A stretch of DNA of 56,502 nucleotides, filler included, from Sphacelaria rigidula (taxonomy: Eukaryota), in NCBI GenBank assembly GCA_964200075.2. It is 7 parts of 7 records of this genome, joined end to end, with 100 filler letters (N's around TTAATTAATTAA, not from the genome) between each part and the next. Parts side by side here need not be neighbours in the genome. Positions count along the whole stretch, not along the records: positions 24,261 to 32,246 come from CAXNAA020012740.1; positions 32,347 to 40,332 come from CAXNAA020012741.1; 5 more parts are not named here. The stretch is one strand, 5' to 3'. Positions within the stretch are counted from its first letter, which is position 1, and each line of letters opens with the position of its first letter. The position numbers and the translations under genes were made by a program. Below the pieces are notes generated by a model, which worked only from the letters and a program-made list of their open reading frames with translations, ran no database searches and was not told where the DNA came from. Shown one piece after another: positions 24,337 through 36,559 of the stretch.

Positions 24337-27300
24337 GTTCAGCACCATCATGAGCATCAAGTGCCCGGCCATGCGGGCACCCAGGATCAACCACTTCTCC
24401 AACCCGTTGGTCAACTACAGGGAACAGCCCACCGGCACCGAAACCGAAGACTGCGCGAGGGCCATCCGGACCAACATGGTGCGTTGGTCCAGAACTAGTT
24501 CTTATCTTCAAGGCCAAACTGAAGTGAAATGGCACCAAGCATTTCTTCAGTCATACGGGTATTGGTTTGGCAATTGATACGATTACTTGGCGTAATTCGT
24601 TCGACTCGTCCCATGGTCTACACATCGTGTGTCTGTTTCGGGTCACCTTCTGGTTGTTCAGTAAAACACATTTCGCGGTTGGTCTCAAACCTCGAGCGGT
24701 CGAGATCGCCGGTCAGTTCATCACCATTCGATGCATTTTGACCGAGAGAGATCTCGATAATGAGGGCAAAGCCAAGAAAAGCTACTTGTACGGAAGTGCG
24801 GTGATGTTTCCGGCACACAGGATACACGGTGTTGATTTTCGGAATACGGTTGACATTTGTGCGTCACCCCAGCAGGCACGACATTGCTGTCCACCCTGCC
24901 TACACCCTGCTACTGATCACACCACCAATCTTCATGTCGCCAATATTATACCGTTTTCCACCGTTCCGCATGCATCTTTCCGACGTTTTCTGACGTAGGG
25001 TCTCGTTGGAGGATTCCAGCCGGTAGAAACCCCTGCCCCGGCGACTGCCCCTCCGACCACCGCTCCCCCGACCACCGCTCCCCCGACTACTGCGCCTCCG
25101 ACCACCGCGCCCCCGACCGCCGAACCCCCGGTCATTGTTGAGCCGCCCGCGTACGTGGCTCTTGGCTGCTGGACCGACGACGTGGCTGACCGTGTATTGT
25201 CTGGTGCTTCTATCAAGAAACAACCAGACATGACCACTGAGGTGAGTGCTTCTGGTGATGCTATACCTCTGTGCAATAGTTTTATTTCGTTCGTCTTTGA
25301 TCAAGTTGCCTTCGTGTTTTCTTGCATAGATGTTTTCATTTGAAAGCATTACTACTACAACATATCACTTACTGAGGCGGGTACGGGGTTGATGCGATCG
25401 GTTTTGCGATGGGATGTAGTGTGTGTTGCCGTCTCATCTATTCTGGACGCCGGTCTACACCTTTCGGTATATGTTGGCGCAGCAGCCGGGGTCACATGGG
25501 AGAAAGGTCAACACAGGAGTTTTTCTGCGGTGCTTGCCTTTATTCTTATTATCGAGCATTGTGTGAGAACATCGCAGATCGCTCCGAGATTCGAACCCAC
25601 GACCAACCATGAGAAGGTGTCGAGGTTACCAACTGAGCCACCAGGGCGACGGCATTCATCATCCAGCATGCGTCCATGCTCCAATCGCGAGGATTTTGCC
25701 GGTTGGTGTGGCATCTACTGTCGTCGATAGGCCAGCTTTAATCATCCAACACTCCCCAATTTTCTATACTCGCCTCTTCTTGGCATTGGCAGTCGCATGT
25801 ACAGTTGGAGGTGCTGTGCCAGTCTCTGGCAGGTACCGTTTACCTAACGTTCCGTCGCGCGCGCAGGAATATTTCCAAACAAGCACTGACTGTAAACCCG
25901 TTGCGCTCTTCTGCTGCGCCGTTCGGCTACCTTCATTATGTTTGATTCGTGCACCGTTCCTCGAGAGTACAGAAGTGCGCCGCTTACTGTGCTGGACCAG
26001 CAACGAGTTACTTCGGAACACAATACGGCAACGAGGTGAGAACGCGCACGGCATAAGAAAGCCCTTCCAAGGAAGCAAAACATGGTGCCAGTATCAGAAA
26101 AGAGAAAGTTGATGATTTCCCCGCCCGCGTGAACCCTACCCTCTCGTCTGTGTTTTGTGGCAAGAGTCTGTCGAGAGAAATGCGGAGGGCATTTTTTCGA
26201 AAATTGTCATGATTTTTGTTTCTCGTGGTTCCTTGTTTTTTTGTTGTTGTTGAAATAAGTTGATGTTGGAGGAGCGGTTTGTCCGCCCATCTCAGCGGTC
26301 CATATGCCAATAATCTCTGTGCACGGCAGCTGACCGCATGCAAAAACGCCTCGGCAATAAACAAGGGGACAGCAGGCTCGGTGTGCCCCCCCCTCCCCCC
26401 CCCCGCCCCCCAATCAAAGACTCGAATTTTCGATCTTGGGGTCTGTGTCCCGAAATATACTCTCGACAGACCCTTGGATGAATTATATATCTACGTGGAC
26501 ACTCTTTTTCCTGTGCAGGTTTGGAGGATGAAAACTTTCGCCTGAAACGTCGATACATGACTCAAAACATATAACTCATGTCACGGCTGACCACAGGTCG
26601 CGAAGGCTGAAAAAGATATTCGTCGAAACCACAGTGTCTCCTTGTCCCAACTCCATCCCCCATCGGTCGTGAACAACATTGAATCGCGTGTTGCTACAGT
26701 GCTACTGCGGGCTCACCACGGATGACCCCGAAGAGTACGGTCCATCCACCGGATGCACCTTCCCGTGCAGCGGAGATGATTCTCAGACCTGCGGCGGCAA
26801 CAGAGCGATCAACATCTACGCGTACTCCGAGTACAGCTACGTGGACTGCTTCGTAGACGGACGCGACCGCGTGCTCTCCGGAGGAAAGTTGGTTGACCCC
26901 GCCATGACCGCAGACGTGAGCATGAGGAGCATGAGTTGTTAGGCACAGGAGCAAGATCTTTTGTTCTCGAAATTTTTGGAGGTTGTGTTCAATGCTACGG
27001 CCGGATTGAGGTTCACGATATTATCGGGAGGTAAATCCACACCAAGGCAAACGTACAACCCGCCCCATGGTGCATGTACACGAACACCGTACAGGCTGCG
27101 CAATGTCTAAATGTCCACCCGAGGTTCATCGATCACCTGACCCTTGTCTCTGCTGCCCCCACTCCTTCCATGCCTCGCGCGTGCCCCTCCGCTTGATCGT
27201 TGGTTACAGTTGTGCTCCAACTTCTGCGTGGGTGCCCCATGGTTCGGAACTGAATACGCGGTGGAGGTGTGTACAATGTTGCGTTTGATCTGGAGTTCAG

Positions 27301-28949
27301 CGGTCCCTACGAGATACCCAAATATGGCGCTTGATAGGGCTCCTATAAATTGATGAGGGTCTCGTCTCCACATCGTGCTGCACGGGCACTGGCACGCTTC
27401 ATGTTGTGCTCAACATTATCGTTCGCATTCTTGTGTGTGGCCATCTTGGCACTATTTGAGGAAGACAGGGTATATCACCCAAGTGCACGAATCCAAGCAA
27501 ATACACCGATGCAGAGTAAGCCTAGAAGCTTGTGCAGTGACATCGTCATGGCGTTCGTGAGCTGGATTCTTTGTTTTTGGTCTGTTGATGTTACCGCGTA
27601 CTTTTGACTACACACTCCCAACTTCCACTTTTTCACCGCTAAGATGAAAGTATCTCACTGATTCAGAATGCACACGGTGAAGTGTCGAGAGCGTTGACAC
27701 CTCGAAAAGCGACTGCACACGACATCGCATCGACCCACCCCGTTCCTCTTGATCTGCGTTGTCATCACTCGATCATACAGTGCTTCTGCGGCGTCGAAGG
27801 TGACAACCCGGAGGTGATATCGGACGGCTGCGACTTCCCTTGTGGCGGCGATGACGACGAAATCTGCGGTGGACGCGATGCAATCAGCATCTACAAGCCC
27901 AACGTGGTCAGCGGCGGTGGCCTCGGTTGCTACGCTGACACCGCTGCTGATCGCGTCTTCGAGAAGGCCCTGAGCAGCACCGACATGACCACAGCGGTGG
28001 GTCCCGTACACTAGCCAGCAACAAGGACATGAAGTCCATTTTTCTTGGATCCCTCACGCTGGTGCGGGTTGAACGTGGTACACGTGGAACAGGTTGTGGA
28101 CATGCTGAATGTGCCACGTATATTTTTTACCATAAAGTCCTCTTTTGCTCCTCGTGGCGGGGATTCTCTTCCGTTTTTATGGTGGGGTTAGGCGTCAACT
28201 GCACATGTTCGCAAGGTTCGCAGATGGATTCGACCCTGTAGGTCCAATCGATATTCACGTGGGTAGATGACAGCTCACGCTGGTAGGGCGCACAGGTGGA
28301 TCGTTTCGCAAATGTTTATGGCGGCACCCAAACCAATCGCTCCTCTGCACAGCGAACGACTCCCTTCTCTGCACAGCGAACAAACCCCTTGCCTAAACCT
28401 TACCCCCCCTGTCCGTTCCGCCATCCCACTCCTCTTCGCTGTTCATACCCAGCTCTGTGCCGAAACCTGCGACGGCTCCAAGTACTACGCCACTCAGTTC
28501 AGTAGCGAGGTGAGCCCTCCGTCGATGGAATTACTCTAGAGTTGAGCGTGGGGACCAGGCCAAGGGTTGTGATCGTCGAAATCCTTCGTCCCATGCGACG
28601 AGCGTGCTCGATTCCTGGGAGTATTAACGCGGCGGGACTAGTACTGGGTACCTCGAAGTAGCAGTAATAGGAACAACAATACCGATGATCGCGGATAAGG
28701 TGCCTCGCACATGATGTTTGTTGGAATAAGATAGGATCCTACTTTTGTTGCCCTGTCAACTCAAGTCGGTCGAATGTTTCCAACCGTTCGCGCGCCCCCG
28801 TTGTCGTGAATGCACATCTGCAGTGCTGGTGCGGTGACGACGACGAATACGCTCGCCACGGTGAATCCGACGGCTGCACAATGGCGTGTTCTGGAGCCCC
28901 CGGAGAGATCTGTGGTGGAAGCTTCGCCATGAATGTGTACGAGTCGTAA
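24337..28949 (+). CDS. Reprolysin/metzincin-like metalloprotease C-terminus + Pro/Thr linker + three WSC carbohydrate-binding domains (5' partial)
   Basis: AG/GT-bounded in-frame exons: 24337-24478 (FSTIMSIKCPAMRAPRINHFSNPLVNYREQPTGTETEDCARAIRTNM), 24999-25241 (…(TTAPP)n…YVALGCWTDDVADRVLSG…DMTTE), 25973-26035 (KCAAYCAGPATSYFGTQYGNE), 26700-26915 (CYCG…CTFPCSGDDSQTCGGNRAINIY…YVDCFVDGRDRVL…MTAD), 27210-27266 (LCSNFCVGAPWFGTEYAVE), 27781-27996 (CFCG…CDFPCGGDDDEICGGRDAISIY…LGCYADTAADRVF…MTTA), 28453-28509 (LCAETCDGSKYYATQFSSE), 28824-28949 (CWCG…CTMACSGAPGEICGGSFAMNVYES*). The WSC cysteine pattern is unambiguous. The protease call rests on the Met-turn-like TIMS motif plus RIxxFSNP. Confidence 0.9.
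25040..25125 (+). repeat. Coding 15-nt tandem repeat encoding (TTAPP)n mucin/extensin-like linker
   Basis: ccgaccaccgctccc-type units translated as TAPPTTAPPTTAPPTTAPPTTAPPT. Confidence 0.85.
25425..25653 (-). mobile_element. tRNA-derived SINE-like element in intron
   Basis: The minus strand reads gccgtcgccctggTGGCTCAGTTGGtaacc...gtcgtgGGTTCGAATCtc. Pol III A box is at 25629-25640 and B box at 25588-25597. There is no complete cloverleaf, and the 3' boundary is approximate. Confidence 0.65.
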
Positions 28950-31806
28950 TCGGAGTGGAGAAGCAACAACCCCACAGCGGTGGCTAACGGGGGAAAATGG
29001 TCCGCGGGCGCTGATGTTCCCCTGCACGCGGAGGTCGATCTAAGCCGTGTCGCGCGTCATGTGACCTCCACTCAGCTGGAGTGTATGTGGAGTGTACTAC
29101 TCCGGGAACTCTACGTGCCACAGTATGAAACTCGTTTTTGTTCATATATGTGTTGGTGCGGTCGAGGGCTCTTCCGTGGTGTACGGCTCGTACTGCAGTG
29201 CAAGAGTTGAGAGTACTGTCATTCGACCTCATCGCAGTGTTTTCTAATGGTATGGATTATGGGGGTGATGCGTCCCTGGTCGATGGTCTGAGTGAAACAC
29301 TTGTGACTTTGAAAAACAAAGCGTCAGTACAGAGTATATATGTATATATATATATGAAATATACAAAGTTTAAGATGATGTAAACTTTCAGTAGATCATG
29401 CCTGTGTTGACAATAGGTCGCAAGCAGGTACGCTGAGGAAGCGGCAACTGACCCTTCAGGCGTTTAGCAGTGTGAAAGATGTTCAGCGAAGGTCTCCCCG
29501 GGGCCGTCGCTTGAAATAGGTTTGCGTACATCCTGTTCGAATAAAACTGGTTCGGTTGTAAACTACCCCGTCAGTGGAGCTGAAAAGCGATAGAGTGGGC
29601 ACGGTACAAAGATAGATATTCGACGCGTGCGCTCATGGCGGCAATTGTTGTGGAGTGGGGTGAAGCACAAGCGCGTGTGCGGGTGCTGTCAATATTTTTC
29701 GGGAGATCATCCCCGTCCCTCTCTCAGGGTGAGCAGACCCGTCCCTTTAGACCGGTTCCTCTTAAGGGTGGGCAGATGATCTAGGTGTGTACTCGTAGGG
29801 AAGCGTGATCGGGATTCAATGCTCCTGTTGGCAGTTTCCCCCCGGTCTTGTCACGAACGATGCTTACGTTGTACGGTACGGCTTTTTCCATGGCTCATCC
29901 TCGTTTGAGGGTACGCCGCATTTATGGGCGTGAAGTCGTGGGTCATTCGCGTCCGTGTCCGCGCAGGAAGCGTCACGGCCAGGGATACATTGTGGCGGGT
30001 ATGTACGAGTAACATTGAGCGGTTTGATCCAGTGGGTTATCCGTTGCGATTCGTGGCGAGCGCCGAATTCGAGCGTACGTGGTACTGTGATTCGGTTGTT
30101 GAGTGCGTTTCGTGAATGGCGGGTGCGTGTTACTTGCAGCACCATCCTTGGCTCGGTTGTGACGGTGATGCTGGCTAATCATCCTGTCTTGTGCATGACC
30201 GGAATACCGCGTGGTGTTGATTAGAGAAAGACACTAATGAAGATTTCTGATGTTGTACCAGTACAACCAACGTTGACCTTCGAATAGTCCCCGCAATACC
30301 GGCACACGTGCTCGAAGTCTGGCGAGGCCGCATGCGTGACGGAAAACGGAAAAGTACAAAACAGGAGAACGGTCCTCGATGGTTCCTCGCGCGCATGAAT
30401 CCATCCATTGTTGAACTGATGACGTCACGTCTCCAATTTCCGATTCAAGGATGTATTTCACTGGGTTTTGATGCATGGTCTGCAGTCAGCCGGCTTGAGG
30501 TACGGGCTGAAGCCGCCAGCTAGGCGCGCGTGTTTCGTCGAGGCAATCCACAAACTCCCGTTCTGAAATCGCTTTCAAACTCGACTATAGCTCGAAACGT
30601 CTAGGTTTGGTTCAATTAATAACGCACATATTTCCCTTCATATCGGCGTTTCTTGCAACGAAGTTAGGTACGAGCAACTCTTGTGAACACCTGAGCAGGC
30701 AAAACGAGGGCAGGAACCGAAACATGTCACACCGCCACGAAGTGGCCCGAATAAGTACGTAGAAGACACCTGCCTCCTAACGAAGTGCACTTGATCTATC
30801 TGGTGCTCCAATCTACACCCAACGAACGGTTTTTGGTTCACAGCAACTCGTTCAGAAATTGGAGCAGGGACAGCTAGCTAATTGTATGCATGCATATCTC
30901 CAAAGCCGTATCGTGTGGTGTGCTTTTCATGGAGCGTTGGGTCAAATTATCGGATCTTCAGAACAGGTCTGCCCCTGACCCATGAACACCATACCCGGCT
31001 GGTCAACAGCTACCGGTAAATCATGCTAGTATAGTGGAGAATATTGGGCGTAGAAAGTTGATGTGCGGTTGAGACTTGGGTATGTCACATGTCCCCATGT
31101 GTGGTCCTCGTCGCACTGTGCCTTCCTCCATAGGCACGCTGACTTTTCGAGCAGGATAATCACGGCTTTTACGGTAAACGACATTTTCGTGAGATTGATA
31201 GTAAATGATAATGATACGATTTAGAATGAAAAGCGGTCAATTAGCGAGTGAGTCGTTTCAGTTCCGAAATGCCCCTCCACGAGGCCTGATATGCTTTCTG
31301 TAGTAGCTTGCCACGGAGGCCCTAGATATCGCTGAGTAGGGTATCAACGTGTAGCTGTGAGCACACGGTAGTAGTAATAGAGGCGAAGAAAAGCACATAC
31401 GTAGTGAAAAATTGGCTAGGTTAAAGCGAATTACCGAAGCCACTCTCAATCAGCGCTCTACTCTCAATCTCACGAAAGCGTTGTTGGTAGCGATGCGCAT
31501 CGAGATAAGTGTCGACGGGATACGATACCCGATATCTGCTCTCATCAATTCGCGATATTGATACGATATCAGATATATCGTATCGTGTCATGTCGCACGA
31601 TGTCGGATACGATGTGAGCATACTTTCAAACTTCCTCAAAACATGTAGAATCTAGATCCAACTTGGGTTTCACACTTGAAGTTGCACACACATATCGTAT
31701 ACACTGATTCCAATTTTCAATTTTCAAATTAGTTGTTGTCTCAGGCCATTCCAGATTCGGCATTGAACACGGGATCTTACAAATTGGGGATGGATCTTTT
31801 ATTGGG

Positions 31807-32168
31807 GGTGAGAAACCCGGAGGATTAAAATCTTCGTATCGACACTAAATCTCCGAAATTTGGTTCCACTTCTTCACCTACTGATAGCCATTGACAACTG
31901 CTACACGCCGTATAAATTTGGATTTCGATCACCGAAATGTTAGGGTCCTGGGTGAAAAATCCATATCGGGACCATTTTGACGTCCGTTCGGACACCCGGA
32001 ATTCCCCAAAATTGGTTTTACACCTAGAACCCCAACATTTCGGTGATCGAAATCCAAATTCATACGGCGTGTAGCAGTTGTCAATGGCTATCAGTAGGTG
32101 AAGAAGTGGAACCAAATTTCGGAGACTTAGTGTCGATACGAAGATTTTAATCCTCCGGGTTTCTCACC
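31807..32168. mobile_element. Fold-back MITE with ~145 bp near-perfect terminal inverted repeats
   Basis: ggtgagaaacccggaggattaaaatcttcgtatcgacactaa...gatcaccgaaatgtt (31807-~31950) is the reverse complement of ~32025-32168 with few mismatches. Confidence 0.9.
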
Positions 32169-32246
32169 GAGCAATGCTACGGTAGGGGTGCACTTTTTTC
32201 GCGAATTTTTGTCTGGTTCAGGGTCTCCTAACGCTTCTAGATGCAC

Positions 32247-32346
32247 NNNNNNNNNNNNNNNNNNNNNNNNNNNNNNNNNNNNNNNNNNNNTTAATTAATT
32301 AANNNNNNNNNNNNNNNNNNNNNNNNNNNNNNNNNNNNNNNNNNNN
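32247..32346. other. Artificial contig spacer
   Basis: N44-TTAATTAATTAA-N44. Confidence 0.98.
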
Positions 32347-34140
32347 GTGTGGGGAAAGCACTGTTTTAGGCTTGAGCCTCATCTCGAAGTTAAACCTCAA
32401 TTCTCACAATTTGTTGTTTAGTAGTGCCTCTGCTCGCAATCTACCAATTTTAGTATGGAAACTTGCGCGCGCCATATCTCGAGTTAGATCACGAATTAGG
32501 CGAAGGTGAGGGTATATCTCGTCTCCCCGTACTCCAGGGAATCTCCACACCAACATTCGTTGCCATCCACTGAATGCATCGATCGGGGGTATCACAGAGA
32601 ATTTAGTATTGACGCTATAATATCCGCTAGGTTTAGGAATCATTATACATGGGGTTTAATCAACAAGAAAATGTGGGCTCAAACTTCTGAGCAGATGGGC
32701 ACCTTCCCCTTGGTTAGACGATTCATACAAAATGCGGATCATGGCCCAACTCGTCCGTATCGACGAAATATTGCGTTGAGAGCTTCCATCCGTTTCTAGG
32801 CTGGCCGAGCTCGTACGGTCGCGCTTCTCTCCCTCCGGCATCCAGATTGCCTTGAAGAGAATTACCGTGTCTACCTGGCATATTTGTTCTTTCACCTCCA
32901 CTCCTTTCCTGTCCTTCCCTTTTTCCTTACCCAGTTCGCCCTGTCGAGTGCGGTATTTCTCGGCTTTGTTCGTAGCAAGCGCGTTGTTTCTCGTCCGCTA
33001 TGAAGCCGTTTGCAACGTGCGATGGCTTGAACAATGGCTAGGAACTGAGTGATTATTTTCCAGGTGTGGCTGTGTCTACACGAGACTCTTGAGACGAACG
33101 CTGACACGAATACTAAAAAAACGCGGCAGGCATGTAATAACTGGATGCAAGCCACGTCGATGACTTCGATCGCCCTAATTCTAAACGTATGTACATTTAT
33201 TTCTTGATGTACGCCACCACAGCTCTGTACAGCCACAACGGCCGGCAAAGGTGAAGATCCCCACCGTTCGCCCCCCTGCGATACCTCAAAGCAAAGGTAG
33301 TTGACCAATGCAATATGAAATTTTGTATAATATTACTATCGATGACGAGGATGGATATAATGACGGGAACCTGATTGTCTTGGGTCTCAGCTCGGCCGCT
33401 CGATGTGACCTACGGGTCTTGATCAATCGCCAGACGAGTCGAGATTTATAGGGTCAACTATGCTGTTTTCACATCTCTGCCTTCATGACATCATCACGGT
33501 AGCATCATGAGGGAAGACTGGCAAGTGCGGGTGCTGAGGTAAGGTGCCGCTCATATTCCTGTGCCTTCCGCTACTCCTTAACAATATGTGCGCCGGTTAT
33601 GCACCTGTATCAAATGATGCCAAACTGTAGTACATATGATGACACACTTTGTACCCCAGATGGCATCTGCAGGCAGTTCGCGCATGGCATCTGCATACGG
33701 TTCTCCATAGCCGCAAGGGCAGGCTGTCGGATTGTTTATGATTCACGCGAACGCAGCCCAATGTACAGTGATACTGGAACGGGGAGCCGCAGGGGTGGGA
33801 TGCACCCGTCTACTATACATCTGATGACAGCCACTTCCAGGTCGTCCATTTCTAGTTTTTGTTCTGAAATTCTGGGTGACTCTATATCAAAGCACCGGCG
33901 CTATTCCTCTTCAAAAATGTGGAGGGGGTATTTTGGGAGAATTGGCGCCCGAGCACAGCGCACCTGACGTCTGATAATTCTCAAACTCCGCGTGTGTGCG
34001 GTTTAAAGCCGCAGGTAGGTGTTGACGCAGCAGTTACGGCGAAGCAAGGCGTTTTGTGAGCTGCGTGGCTTGAAAAGATGAGACCATGTGGAAGTATTTC
34101 GAAATGATTGCCCTTGGGATTTAGACGCCGTGTCGCTTAA

Positions 34141-34887
34141 CCCTTAGACAGCGAGCGTCGCTTCGGAACAATTTCACAGGCTGGCAGTCCGGGGACGTTC
34201 GGGGGACTCCAGTGACCGAGGGGTGTAGTTTGTGAGGGGGGGGGGTGTCTGTCCGCATAGGAGCCGAAAAGCTCACCAAGTCAACCACGTGTGTTTTAAA
34301 GTTCCCCGCGGAAACTATGAGCCGTGCACGAGGCTCGAGGGGCGCGGGTTGCCCATTCTGACCAGTGCACGGTCGTCAAAATGAGCACGTTCTTCCGCTG
34401 TTGGAGGACTTCATTGGACTTATTCGCTGTCTGCCCCCACGACTCATTTTGGTCGTGGGAAATCAACCATAGATTACTTGGGTACAAATAACTTGTTTTG
34501 TACTTTGCTCATGGTCTACGCCGCCTGCCTGACCCCTCATGTGCTGCCAGCATAGCTTCACACTCTGTAGTGTTGTTGTTGAGCACCAGGCAAAGGGATC
34601 AGCAGCATGCAATAAATTGTGGGCAGTGGAGAGCGATGGCACACTCATACTATCTCTTGCCGTTGTATCCAGTGAAGACATACAACACACATACATACCG
34701 ACTCTGCACGCAATTGATTGTAGGGTCAAAACTAGTCAGGGTTTCCCCGAGACTATTCCCTATATGGATGACAAATATCAACATGCTCATGAATAAGGCG
34801 TTTCGTGTAGCGAGAAAAGAGCAGTTCCGAATCCCAATGTGACATGGTCCAACTCAGTCCACCTGCGGGGGCGTCGCTGTCTAAGGG
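34141..34887. mobile_element. Non-autonomous piggyBac-type element (747 bp), TTAA target-site duplication
   Basis: TTAA(34137-34140)-CCCTTAGACAGCGA ... TCGCTGTCTAAGGG-TTAA(34888-34891). A perfect 14-bp TIR starting CCC with a TTAA TSD is the piggyBac signature. No transposase ORF inside. Confidence 0.85.
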
Positions 34888-36559
34888 TTAAGACGCAACC
34901 GCACAGCCGAGCGGAAGGGCCAAAAGGGGAGAGTGTCTTGTCCCAAGGACCACTGTGAAGCTGTTCTGGCGGGGGGCAACATGTCCTTGCAGACAGTGCC
35001 AGACATACTTAGCCGGAAGCCACGACGGTCTGACGAGAACAGGGGCGGTTGCTGTAGTCTTTTTACTAGAACCGACCTGAAATTATTCCAGAGGACACGT
35101 CCACGTGAAGACCTTGAGCTTTCTCTGACAGTCCTTTTGCGGAACTCATCTCCGTTTCACTTACCCTCAAAGTGCAATTTCTGCTCAGGACCCACACATG
35201 GGGGCGATATTGTGAAGAAAATTATTTGCGCGAAGCATGATTCTGGCCGAGCGTTTGAAATCGGCACCCGGCCAAAATTGGAGACCCGTTTAAAATCAGG
35301 CGAAAAACTACAACATGGAACATGTCCTGTTTTACTGTACTGCAGCACAAACATGCTCACGCCCCTTTCATGTGCTTTAGCTATCGCTGTACTGTGGTCT
35401 GGTTAGAACTTGCGAAGACGGCTTGATCTCTGGGATTGCTTGGGCTGCTGATTTCTGGGGTTCTGGTCCGCAGAAATAATGTCTGTCGGGACGAAGTGCT
35501 GTCTACACTCTGACTGTGGACGTGTGGACTGTTTCGTCTTCCTTATCACGAACAAGGCGCTGCCCAGACCCATCAGTTGCACGATACCAAACATGGCTGG
35601 GTAATGACACGAACCAGCGCCGGTATCCACCGCTCGACCGGCTGGGCCGGACCCCGTGCTCTGATCGAAGGAGCAATCTAAAGCACCGCGCGGGTATACT
35701 GCACCGCCAGGTTACTGAATGCACCCGGCAGCGTGGTGGCCGCTGTTGCTGGCGAGCGCCAGGGCTCGCGGCCACGGAAAAACGCAAGCAGCCATACCAA
35801 GATAGAGATATAACGATACACGACCATAGCGTTGACCCCCCCGCGGCGGCAATGTACCGTTTGCTGTCTGTTCGTCCGCTCGCTGCTATGCAACTCTGCT
35901 GCTGCTCTGTCCGTCCCGGCGCGACTGTACATTCATGCACTGTAGGACCTGCACTTCAGGCGTGAGTCAACCCTGTGAGCCAATCACGAGCATTTTTCAC
36001 CACATGATTCACTACAAATGTCGCATTTCGATGGCGCTAGATACCCGGAACTTCTTAGTGAAGTGCTTTTTGTTCGTTGAATCTTCCCTCGCCTGCAAAA
36101 ATCTATCCCCATGTACGGGCGTTGTCCTTCAATTTCCGCAACCTCGACAACAACTATTGGCGACAGCTGTTCTGAATATACAGTATCGCATCTGTTTTCT
36201 ATAGCGACCGTAGACTCGATACTGTACGCAGTACACTTGCGCAGTGCCATGTGTACCCCAGGGTGTGCAATTTTATCGAATTCAGCGTTAGCAGGATGTC
36301 CCGTACAGTGTAAGGTAAAGGTGGGTTTGGCGATTGTAAAGTACACCCCGACGCCCTGTGCGGTCGCTACAACACCGCGGGCGTTTCATCCGCAGTCGAG
36401 GTGTCGCGGCGGAGATCTGCCACGCGGCTTAGCGCGCAATATTTCCGCCGTTCGCGATTTCCCAGTCTTGGCGAGGCGTCGTCGGCGTGGTACAGCACTA
36501 CAGTGCAGTTGGCTATGACAGAAGAAATATTGAGTTACGACCTAGCACGTGGTTGGTGG

